A DNA stretch of 45,861 nucleotides from Stramenopiles sp. TOSAG23-2 (taxonomy: Eukaryota), in NCBI GenBank assembly GCA_900128395.1, contig LT649286.1:1-45861 (forward strand), written 5' to 3'. Of this stretch, positions 20,607-31,207 are shown piece by piece. The position numbers and the translations under genes are program-made. The first letter of the stretch is position 1. The number at the start of each line of letters is the position of its first letter. Below the pieces are notes generated by a model. It was not told the origin of the DNA. It was given only the letters and a program-made list of their open reading frames with translations, and did no database searches.

Positions 20607-21866
20607 TTATGTAAACAAGGATGCATCGACTTTAATTGTACCTTCCTCCGTCGCTTTCGGCTTTCCATCACCTTCCTCTGAAACAAATAAACTCGAATCA
20701 ATCTTTAATGCTATTGAATTCACATCAGCGCCATCATCATCACCATCACCTTCATCATCACTTAATGTTTTGCCTTTGTGCTTCTCCGTAATAGCACTTT
20801 CATCATCTACAAACAATTTTGCATTCTGTTGATACAGCATACGCCCACTAATAATAGGACCTTTTTTCTTCTTGTCCTTATCTGATTTTTTACTATCTTT
20901 CTCCTTTTTCGCATCTTCCTTTTCTTTTAATTTATCTCTTCTCGCCTTGCGTTCTTTTAACCATTTGAAAAAGGATTCCTTAGTAACTGGTGTACCACCT
21001 GCAGGCATTTGAGAACGTTCTTCTTCGATCAACTCTTCAATAGGAATTCCACCTTTTTTTCGGATCTCTTCCCTTTCTTTTCTCTTCTCTACTAGAAATT
21101 TTGTAAGATATGGCGTAGCTTTTGTAATTACTGTTTTTCCAGGAATTTGTTCTAGAAAAACTGTTCTTGCTAAACCTTTATCACTACGCACGATAGCCAT
21201 GGCATTACGAATATCTAAAACTTGATCCTTTTTGAAATTGTCACCCCATTTTTTCGCTAACTCGGCATCTTTTACAATGAACCATATTGGATACTTTGTA
21301 CTACCATCCGCTAGTTGAATATATAGATTTTTCGAACCATCTTTTTGCGTTGTCATTTGAGCATCCCGTTTGATATATTGTGCCAATATACGCACAATAT
21401 CCAACTTTTTTTCACACTCTTTCGCCTTGTCTAGCTCTGTAACAGGTATTAAAAACGCTTCTTTCATTTCCCGTTCGTTCTCCTCCTTTGCTTTCTTTTC
21501 TGCTTCCTCTTTCGCTTTCCGTGCATCTTTTTTTGCTTTCTTTGCATTTTTCAGTGCAGCTGCACCTTTTACACCTAATAATTTTCTTAACTCAGCATCT
21601 TGCTTCGCTTTTGCCTTTTTCAATCGACGTTTTTCGGCATCAGCTGCATCTTGTGTTTGTCCACGTTTTAATAGACCTAGTTTCTGTTTTTGAGTATTTT
21701 TTATATCGTTTATGTACTTTTGAACTTTTTTACTCTTATTTTTATTTTTCATGCCAAATGTTTTATCAACAACAATTTTTGGACCAGATTGTGCAGCTTT
21801 AGCTTTTGCAAGCTTGCTTACTTTCTTTTTTTTCGTCTTTCCTCCTCCTTTCTTCTTTGTAGGCAT
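20607..21866 (-). CDS. ZC3H15/TMA46 (DFRP1)-like protein lacking CCCH zinc fingers
   Basis: Likely ATG at 21866 (MPTKKK). N-terminal VVDKTFGMKNKNKSKKVQKYI and DFRP-like C-terminal IEELIEEER...TPVTKESFFKW and ISGRMLY...FVDD motifs. Confidence 0.82.
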   Translation of the reverse strand: MPTKKKGGGKTKKKKVSKLAKAKAAQSGPKIVVDKTFGMKNKNKSKKVQKYINDIKNTQKQKLGLLKRGQTQDAADAEKRRLKKAKAKQDAELRKLLGVKGAAALKNAKKAKKDARKAKEEAEKKAKEENEREMKEAFLIPVTELDKAKECEKKLDIVRILAQYIKRDAQMTTQKDGSKNLYIQLADGSTKYPIWFIVKDAELAKKWGDNFKKDQVLDIRNAMAIVRSDKGLARTVFLEQIPGKTVITKATPYLTKFLVEKRKEREEIRKKGGIPIEELIEEERSQMPAGGTPVTKESFFKWLKERKARRDKLKEKEDAKKEKDSKKSDKDKKKKGPIISGRMLYQQNAKLFVDDESAITEKHKGKTLSDDEGDGDDDGADVNSIALKIDSSLFVSEEGDGKPKATEEGTIKVDASLFT

Positions 21867-22442
21867 GGTGGTTCTGTTCTTTGTGTATTTTCTTTTATGT
21901 GATGAATATAAATGTAGACGTGTGTATATATATATAGTAGTAGTAAATTGATCTGATGAATTTGTATTTTCTTTTTTGTATAATATACTTTTTGTTTGAA
22001 TGTGGATCTTTTTAGTTGTCGGTCCATTCATTCATTTTTATTTAGCACAGTATACAATATTCGATTACTATGATGAGTATTATACCTGGTTTTAACTTGT
22101 AAATAGCTTTTAGTTGTTTGTTGCATCTTTGATTCTATTATTAATAATAATTCGTGTTAGCTGGTTAGCCCCTGGTGTTAGCATTCTGGCATTCTGGCAT
22201 TCTTCTCCCTCTGCTGGCCTGCTAATATTTTCATGCCACTATTTTCGTGCATCATGGCATACAACAGCCTTTTCCTGTTTGACTGACACTTTATTAACTT
22301 AGACTATTATTGTAGCTGGCTAGACTTAATTTAAGCAACTTAACATTGCAAAATAGATATATATATATAATATATATATATACATACATACATACATAAC
22401 AAATCTATAGCTTTCTATACATATATATAGTACCTGTCGAAG

Positions 22443-22886
22443 ATGTCCACGAAGCAACGACGACGTGATGTGAAAAAAAATGATAAAAATTTAGAAAGAG
22501 AAGGTTTGAGCGCTATCTTTTATAATGCTAGTAAAAACTTATATTTAAAACGCAAAGTAAGAAAACAAGTACTTGACCCACCATTGCAAGTTAAAGTAGT
22601 TTTGTATATATTTTTTTTCGCAGTCCTTGGTTGTTTGTATATTTTATATTCCCATCAGCATGCTCATGGACATCATAAAATAATTCATGAACGTAAGATG
22701 GCACATAAAAGAATAATACGTGAAAGATATAAAAATAATAATAAACATATGATAGGTCAAGTGAAATCATCAAAACAACAGTTAAGCGAAGTTGATATAT
22801 TGAAATATGAAATGAAAAAATTACAAGAAGAAAACGAAAAATTGAAGAAAAAACCTCAAAATAAGAAGAACAAAGATGATCTGTAA
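22443..22886 (+). CDS. Hypothetical small single-pass membrane protein with C-terminal coiled coil
   Basis: 147-aa ATG-initiated ORF in AT-rich flanks, one hydrophobic segment (VVLYIFFFAVLGCLYILY), a His-rich patch and a coiled-coil tail. Confidence 0.65.
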   Translation: MSTKQRRRDVKKNDKNLEREGLSAIFYNASKNLYLKRKVRKQVLDPPLQVKVVLYIFFFAVLGCLYILYSHQHAHGHHKIIHERKMAHKRIIRERYKNNNKHMIGQVKSSKQQLSEVDILKYEMKKLQEENEKLKKKPQNKKNKDDL

Positions 22887-23424
22887 TATACATATATTAA
22901 AAAGCAGGCATGGTTTGTGCTATAAAATGTGTTCTTTTTACGTAAACTTCTGAAAAATAAAAATGTATATTTTTTTCCTTTTTTTGTTATAATTTTCTAA
23001 TGTGCTAGTCTTCTTGCAAAACCATAATAGCACAGTCAATATACTTGTTAGTATATCATAAAATTAAAGATGTGCTTTAGCACTTTACAGTTTACAGTAC
23101 CTGGTATTGTGCTATATTCAGTGCTTCACTTCTTTGTGCAACGTGCAACTTAAACTCTACTATGCATTATTTGTGCATTTCTTCTTCATCATAACAAATT
23201 ATAGATGATTCAAAGCAATTGTCCATTTTAATCATTATATATATGACAAAGACCATCAACATATATTATTTTAAAATACAAATAAATAAAGGAAGTTTTC
23301 TTCTCTACATACGTCCGTTTGCGTGTGTGTGTTTGTGTTTGTTTCTGTATATTTATTTATGTGAAGCACTACATCAATAACTAACGCTTCTTTTCCATTA
23401 TTACTTGTCGACAGAGAGAGAGAA

Positions 23425-25101
23425 ATGTCCCATATCAATAATAACAATAATAATTATGGTGATAATAACCATAATAATCACAACCGTGGTGGTAGCCGTC
23501 AATATAATGGTGGTTTAAATAATCTTCAAGACAGTTTAAACACATTTGGACAAGCTGAGGCGAGTGCAGGTTTATCTCGTGCCGTATCATTAAATGATGG
23601 ACGTGGTGGATTACCTCGTGAGGATACTGCAGTATCAAATGTAACTATGAGACACCAATGGCGTCAACATACTGTAACACAAGGCATCATACCAGGTCCG
23701 CGTTCTGGTGCTGCATCTGTAGTTGTTGGCAATAAATTATATGTCTTCGGTGGATATGGTGGCAGTGGTCGTTTATCTGATTTTTTTCAATATGATTTTG
23801 AAACAAAAACCTTTCATGAGGTACAAACGGCTGGTGAAAATCCAGGGGTGCGAGAAAATAATGGTGTTGTATTGTATAAAAATCGATTATATATATTTGG
23901 AGGATATAACGGAAATGATTGGTTAAACGATTTTCATGAATTTGATTTACAAACAAAAGTCTGGAGAAGGGTTGAGCCGGAAGGTACATGTCCATCACCA
24001 CGATTTGGTTATGTTGCCGTTCGTTTTGCTGATTCGTTTATTATCTTCGGTGGATATGATGGTACTACATGGTTAAATGATATGCATGAACATAATTTTT
24101 TGACAAAAAAATGGGGACCAATACATCCAACCGGTACGGTACCAAGTGTACGAAGTTGTCCGAGTTGGACTACTCATAATAGTAGCTGCTTTATATTTGG
24201 TGGATACGATGGTGTACAGCGCATGAATGATTTTTTTGAATATCGTTGCGATACCTGTGTATGGTCCACGGTTCTTGGTAGTGGTCCAGTGCCTAGTCCA
24301 AGGTACTTCCATGCATGCATTATGTATAGAAATCAAATGTATGTCTTTGGTGGCTACAACGGCGCTCATCGTTTGAATGATATGTATTGTTTCGATTTTG
24401 ACACACATATGTGGGCAATCGTTGATTGTTCAGGAGAATTGCCATCTGGCCGAAGTAGTTTAGTAGCACAGGTATATGGCAATTCATTATTTACATTTGG
24501 GGGATATAATGGCAGACATGTATTAAATGACTTCTTCGAATTTCGATTTGAACCAGTTGCTATACCACCACCAACATTAATGCACGATATGCGACGATTG
24601 ATGAATAATGAACATTTAAGCGATGTAACATTTATCGTTGATGATAAACCTGTCTATGCATCTCGCATACATTTAGCCGTTAGATCCGAACATTTTCGCG
24701 CTTTATTATTTGGTGGCCTGAAAGAAAGTACAGGTGGTAATTCAGAAATAGCTATTTCAGACGTATCATATCCTGTATTTGTAAAAATAATTGAATTTTT
24801 ATATACAGATAATGTGACTGATATAAGCCCTGATATTGCTGTGCCATTGTTAATGGCAGCGGAAAGATATTTATTAGGTAGATTAAAAGGTCTATGTGAA
24901 GATTCAATACGTAAATCGATTACATGTGATAATGTCATAAGCTTATTTATGGCATCCCATCGACATCGCGCTGCAGGATTAAAGGAAATATGCTTAGATT
25001 TTATCATTGATAATTTAGAAACTGTAAAAAAAAGTAGAGGGTTTCATGATTTAAAAGATGAACCAGATTTATTAATGGAAATTATTATGGTTGGCATATA
25101 A
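23425..25101 (+). CDS. Kelch-repeat + BTB/POZ protein (LZTR1-like)
   Basis: Six repeats of (Y/F/I)xFGGY...(L/M)(N/S)D, followed by BTB (SDVTFIV...ASRIHLAVRSEHFRAL...FLYTD) and a BACK-like tail. Confidence 0.93.
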   Translation: MSHINNNNNNYGDNNHNNHNRGGSRQYNGGLNNLQDSLNTFGQAEASAGLSRAVSLNDGRGGLPREDTAVSNVTMRHQWRQHTVTQGIIPGPRSGAASVVVGNKLYVFGGYGGSGRLSDFFQYDFETKTFHEVQTAGENPGVRENNGVVLYKNRLYIFGGYNGNDWLNDFHEFDLQTKVWRRVEPEGTCPSPRFGYVAVRFADSFIIFGGYDGTTWLNDMHEHNFLTKKWGPIHPTGTVPSVRSCPSWTTHNSSCFIFGGYDGVQRMNDFFEYRCDTCVWSTVLGSGPVPSPRYFHACIMYRNQMYVFGGYNGAHRLNDMYCFDFDTHMWAIVDCSGELPSGRSSLVAQVYGNSLFTFGGYNGRHVLNDFFEFRFEPVAIPPPTLMHDMRRLMNNEHLSDVTFIVDDKPVYASRIHLAVRSEHFRALLFGGLKESTGGNSEIAISDVSYPVFVKIIEFLYTDNVTDISPDIAVPLLMAAERYLLGRLKGLCEDSIRKSITCDNVISLFMASHRHRAAGLKEICLDFIIDNLETVKKSRGFHDLKDEPDLLMEIIMVGI

Positions 25102-25194
25102 AATATTAAAAATACATTTTATCATATTTAAATTTATAAAATATATATATGACTATTTTAGAAAAAATATTTTTTTTATTCGTACTTTTTTTGA

Positions 25195-26007
25195 CTACAC
25201 TCTTCCTTTTTGAAACACATAAATACATCCATTTTTACATCCAACGCCTTCAACGCATTCTTTTGGGGAAATAGTAATTAGCTCATCGTTGATATCTATT
25301 TTATTCATAATTTTAAATTCATTTTTCTCAGCATATTTACAAACAATTTCATTCGTTACTAAACTATTTCCATTCCCATTCGTAGTTCCTCTTGGTACGT
25401 GACATAAAATAAATTTAGCATTTGGTTTTGATAATTGACGTGCCGTAATAAATAATGGATTTACAATCTCTTCTTTATAGCATACATCTGCAGCTATGAC
25501 AACATCATATTTAACATTTTTCAAATTATATTTTTTCAAATCATTTTCATTGGCCCAACTTAATTTTTCAACTGTAGGCGTTGTTCCATTATTGCTACTG
25601 AAATTATCAATTGCAAGGTTTATATTTATATTTTTTTCAACTAAATTCAAAGCAAACACATCATTGTCTGTTAGTTCTATTTTATTTACATGTGCTGCAA
25701 TAGAAAATCCTAATATTCCACAACCCGTGCCAAGCTCAATCACATTTTTATTTTCAATTAAATGTCTTCCATATTTTTCATGATTTAAATACGTGCCAAG
25801 CAATAAACTACCCGGCCATGGACATCTACCACTTATTTCAATTTTCTTATCTGCTAGTTTAGCCAATATTTCTAATGGTATTTGTTCTGGCAAAGATTTT
25901 ATAATAAATGTTTTCCCAGCTATTTGTACTTCTTCCTCTTCGTATTCGATTTCATCATCTGAATCAGAAAATAATATTAATTGATCATCATCATTGACAT
26001 TGGCCAT
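25195..26007 (-). CDS. Methyltransferase, METTL21/Methyltransf_16 family
   Basis: SGRCPWPGSLLL, motif I VIELGTGCG, LTD, KLSW, and the family DxxY motif in DVVIAADVCY. Confidence 0.88.
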   Translation of the reverse strand: MANVNDDDQLILFSDSDDEIEYEEEEVQIAGKTFIIKSLPEQIPLEILAKLADKKIEISGRCPWPGSLLLGTYLNHEKYGRHLIENKNVIELGTGCGILGFSIAAHVNKIELTDNDVFALNLVEKNININLAIDNFSSNNGTTPTVEKLSWANENDLKKYNLKNVKYDVVIAADVCYKEEIVNPLFITARQLSKPNAKFILCHVPRGTTNGNGNSLVTNEIVCKYAEKNEFKIMNKIDINDELITISPKECVEGVGCKNGCIYVFQKGRV

Positions 26008-26766
26008 AGTTTTCTTTTATTGTACTGTTTTGCATTGCGTGTGTAGATATATATACACAATATACATATGTACATTCTCGATCTTACAAAATCTCTGTCA
26101 GCTCATATACTACTGTATGTAGCTTTCTATTTTATTATGATTGATGATGCAGGGCAACCAGGATGCAGATTAAGATGCGGGGATTGTTGCGGGCTTTTAT
26201 TGTTTTATATATAGTAAAATTTACACTTCTTATTATACTAAATATATATAAAAATGTATCTTATACCTTAATCTGGATTATTCCTCGTATTATTTAAGTA
26301 TTACCAACAATTAATACTCTTGTGCTCTTTTTTGGATCTTATCTCCCAGGATCTCATCACACCAAAATCTGGCAAGACAGCAAGACGTGCAGACCATACT
26401 GTACAGTAACCAACTTTAGTGCTAGTGCTTTACAGGTATGCCAGTATAAAGCACATAACTTTTAAAAAAACTATACAAAAATTAATTAGAGACTATATAT
26501 GTTTTTTAGATAGATAGAAATATAAATATGTCTTCCTGTCTGTAGATCTATCTATATCATCATTACTTTTATATTGTGTGCAAATATATATATCAATTTA
26601 AAAGGAAACAGAAGTTATAGTCTGTGCGTAGTCTATATATATATATTATATATATTGGTGGAAAAAAATAGTATTATTATAATTAAAAAATAATATATAT
26701 ATATATTATATATATATAAATATAACGTGGTTAGTCGTATATTATTATAAATATAATAACTTTGTT

Positions 26767-27387
26767 ATGGCTAGTATAACCTCTTCTTTAATACCAACGG
26801 ATAGAGTGAAACGACAAGCAAGTCGAACATTGGAAGAAAGAGAAGCTCAAGAACAAGCTCAAGCTCTTGATGATTTTGATTTCGATGTACCTAGTGATAA
26901 TCATAATGGTAGTCGTTTAAAAAAAAAAAGTAGTTCTGGCCAAGATTTGTTTAATGAAGCTTTAGGTGGAAGCGATAACAACAACCCAACGTTTCAAAAC
27001 AGGAAAGTTTTAAAAGTTAAAAAGTCCTCCTTTTTACACAAAAAGCCAAGTAATGCAAGCATTGGGGATGATGATGCTGATATATATGATCCCGGTCGCA
27101 GCAATAGTAACAATAGTTTGCAAGGTGGCCTTAACTTGTCGCTTGGTCAAAATTCGTTTTTTAACGATTCCCCAGGCGATAATGATGTATTAAATAAACA
27201 GATGAGTGTTGACAGTGATAATAATACACCTTTAGGTAGTCATGGTTTGAATATATCAGAGAACTTTTTAAACGATATTGATAATACAATTGAAGTTTTA
27301 AACAACTATAGTCCAACAAATGGCTCTTTGCGTAGCTTTAGTAATAGTAGTATGAATTCCATGTATAAAAAGAACAACAACAACAAC

Positions 27388-27423
<36 letters not shown>

Positions 27424-28344
27424 CCATTGCCACGAACTACATCGAACGGTTCCACTACTAGTATCGGTGGTATGATGGTGCGACAAGAGTCCTTAGATGC
27501 ATGGGGTAGTAGTGGCGATTTCAATTTTAATATTGGCGGAGAATCTTCATTTGAAGAAGCTCAAGGGCTTGAAATGTATGAAGATATGATGGATGATGAA
27601 GAAATTATGCGACGTGAATTGCAAAAAACAGAAACTATTATGGTAAATAGTGAGCTTTCTGACAATTTTGGCAACATCGACATGAATAATACTCCAGATC
27701 CAAGTCCTCGTAATAATAATAGCAATCCTCGCCAACGACGTAGTTTCACTGAACAAATCGCTGAAACTGTTGGTAATGCTTTTGAAAAAACCACTGCTAA
27801 ACTTTTTGGTAAAGGAAGAAAAAAAAGTACCAATAACAATAATAACAACAACAGTACTAGTGGCAGTGCAAAGCCAAAACCAAAACCAAGGAAAAAGAAG
27901 CCAATAGAAACGAAAACTAGTGAAGAAGTGAAACGTGTTCATAAAGAAGCTCAATTAAAGCATCGCAATCAAATAGGGAAAAAAATGGAACGTGTCAAAG
28001 AAGCTGTAAGATTAAAGGTAGACTATGGTGGGGAGTATAAAGAAACATTAGGTAGGATGACAAAGATTGATTTCTATGTTGCTGTAATAGGAATAGCAAA
28101 TAATGATACTGAAGAACAGGTTGTACATCGTATTTTAAATAAACGAAATGAACTTGCTGCAAAGCGTAAAGATAATGAGACGAAACAAAATCGATTTAAG
28201 CGATTGAGGTTGAGTGAAAAAGCTGTTTTAGGAGAGTTGCAAGACTTAATTTGCGATCCACAGATCAAAATTACTATTGCAAATACATTAGACCAAGCCG
28301 CTGAATTTTTGGAAGATAAATTAGGTCCTGGTTTATTGGAATAA
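26767..28344 (+). CDS. Hypothetical protein, low-complexity Asn/Ser-rich N-terminal region and helical C-terminal domain
   Basis: 525-aa open frame in AT-rich flanks with in-frame poly-Asn tracts; no family recognised. Confidence 0.75.
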
Positions 28345-28960
28345 ATTTTACTCTCTCGCGCGCATGTGTTAATTACAACAACAGTATATGGGCTGACACA
28401 GTGTATGTGTGTGTGTATTTGAAGTTATAAATGTGATATGATATCATATTACGAATCGTATTTTAATAATTTATTTTATATATAATATATATATACGAAG
28501 TATAAATAAGAGAATTTTTTATATAAAAAATAATTTACGCATGTTAATATATATATTTTTATATTTTTTTAATTTACTCATGATAATTCCTATGATATCA
28601 TTAATACCCTTCAAAGAATACGAGTTGTACAATTAACTGAGGCAATAATATAATCTCACACTAGAGGGTGTTTTGATATTCTCATAAAAGAGAATACCAA
28701 AAGAAATAGTTGTGATTGAAAAACGGACATCTCATTTTATGATAAAATATATATTTAAAATTGTATGTCATTAGATTTACATGTGTGTATGTCGGCGGTA
28801 TGCATATAGCATTATTTTAATTTTATTATATATCATATATCATATGTCATATGATACGCGTATATCAATATGAATATTTTGAAATAGTTACACACAGAGA
28901 GTTATTCTTTTTTAAAAAAATCAACAGGGGAGAACGTTTTAAAAAGCAATATATTCTCTT

Positions 28961-29876
28961 TTATTTTTTATTCTTTTCTCTTTCATTTAACACTCTCTCT
29001 GTAAATTTTGCTAATAAAATTTGATATTTTTCATCATATTCATCACTTCCTTGCTCACAATCATCGAAATAACCACGATCATTCTGTAGTGCATTATAAA
29101 ATTAAAATTCAAAAATATAAAAGGATAAAAATATGTTAGTTATTGCTTAATATATAATTACGACTCGTAATAGAATACAATATATTTATACATACCATGT
29201 GATCACAAAATTTTTGAAACATATCAATATCTTTTTCATTTAATAAATCGAAAGGATCGCTTGGTTTTGTATTTTGTTCTTCAAACTCTTTCTCATTTTC
29301 ATCTAATAAATGTTCTGCTTCATTTGCAAATATATCTTCCTCATCTAAAAATGCACTATCCCTTTGAAGACTAAAAAAACTAATGCCATTATTATTTAAT
29401 CCATCACCTACTTTCATATATCCTATACCATTGGAACGAAACATTGCTGGTAATTTCTTCATGCCATTACCTTCATTTTTCATTCTAGGAAACCATTCGT
29501 TGTGGTCGCATGTTGGATGAAATATAACTGACACCGCACCGGTACAGTGGTGAAAACCTCGCAGGGCATCTATTAAATTAATACAATTATGTTTATACAT
29601 ACGAACTTGTTTTATGTCACCTACTATTCTTGTTTCTAAATTTTCTGCTGGACAAAGAAAACCATAGATGTTAAAAAATTCAATCCAAAATCTACCAGTA
29701 TGACTATCATCATCATGGTGATCTCCTTTATTTTTCACTTTTGCCAATAAAATAATATCCTTATCTTTATCAACAGCTGTTTCAATTAAACATAACATTT
29801 CTTTTTCAATAGACCCTTGTCTTAATTCATTATCATGATGGCAAAACAAAGACGTCACAGCAGTCGCATCATTCAT
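28961..29876 (-). CDS. Hypothetical two-exon gene (exon 1 29876-29196, intron 29195-29084, exon 2 29083-28961)
   Basis: ATG at 29876. Donor GTATG at 29195, branch ACTAAC at 29140-29135, acceptor CTACAG ending at 29084. Splicing stays in frame and gives ...FQKFCDHM|NDRGYFDDCEQGSDEYDEKYQILLAKFTERVLNEREKNKK*. Confidence 0.75.
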
Positions 29877-30561
29877 TATTGTATTTTTCCGTACTACTCT
29901 TTGGCGCACCAGTACCAACTTTTTGTATATTTAAATATTTAAAAGGAAACAATATTACAATCTTAGATATATTTATTCTTTCCTATTCCAATATCAACTA
30001 TTCCAACTTGCAAAATGTCCTTATCATTTCCTACCATATATTTTACAGTATCAAAGATATAAATACTACTTATATCGATACGCACCACCATACTACACTA
30101 AAAAATTAAATTTTTTTTTGGTGAATAAAATACCTGGTAATTTATTATAATTTGTTTTGGTTCAAAGTAGTAGGGTTTCACTTCACACCATATAGCATCA
30201 GCCCAGCCAGCCCAGCCAGCCAGCCAGAGAAATAAATATGGAGAAGGCGATGTCATAATATGGACACATTTATATAATTCTAATAATATTTACATTCATT
30301 CATATACTAGACTATATATATATATATTGTATATATATATATATATATTCATATGTTGGGTGGGATATTTTAGATATTTTATGTATACAGACGACTAATA
30401 CTTCTAAATCAATATGTTTACCATCTGATATGTTCATTTTTAATTTCAATTAATTATTAATTACTCAAAATCTATATTGTTCCGGCATTTACAATTATAT
30501 GATTTTAAAATATTATTAATATGTTAAAATATCTAATAGAGACTTTAGATGTGTGTTATTA

Positions 30562-30593
<32 letters not shown>

Positions 30594-31207
30594 GTATAAT
30601 ACCTGATATTTATTCTAATTTTATACAATTATATACGCATCATCATCAAAACGTATTAGACATTAGACATTAGACTATATTAGTACTATTGTGAGGTACC
30701 TGGGTATAGCTATTATATAAGCTGGTAGCTACGAGGCGTATTAAATACTATACAGTATGTATGATACTGTATGTTAATGTGCCTAAATATGTTCTCTCTT
30801 TATTTTTATTTGCCGGTTCTCTCTGGCTGGATAGAGGCGGCTTTTCACATTCACGGCCTCTTTGCGTATTATAGTAGCTATATAGTATACCGCTATACCC
30901 AAGTTCTTTATAGAGTTATACGAGTATTTTAGAAAATAAAAATACGAAGTACTGGTTAATTTAAAGAAAATACTGATGTGGTTAAATTCTAAAGTTAAAT
31001 ATGTACTGTAAATAATTTTACTTTTCCAACAATATATAGAGAAATATTTTTGGAAAATATGATTTTTACATTGCATTATTTACCTGTATTGAACACACAC
31101 CTCTTATAAAAAGCTATTGTTACAATACTTTTTACATCACTTCTATGCATACCACATTAAATCTCTAAAAAACCATTTTTTCAAATTTTTGGTTTTACTT
31201 CTTACGT

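Noticed and set aside
30783-31076. 97-aa minus-strand ORF, and similar intergenic ORFs at 1822-2067, 9986-10219, 13932-14144 and 40383-40627
   Set aside because: AT-rich low-complexity translations with no motifs, overlapping promoter or repeat elements.
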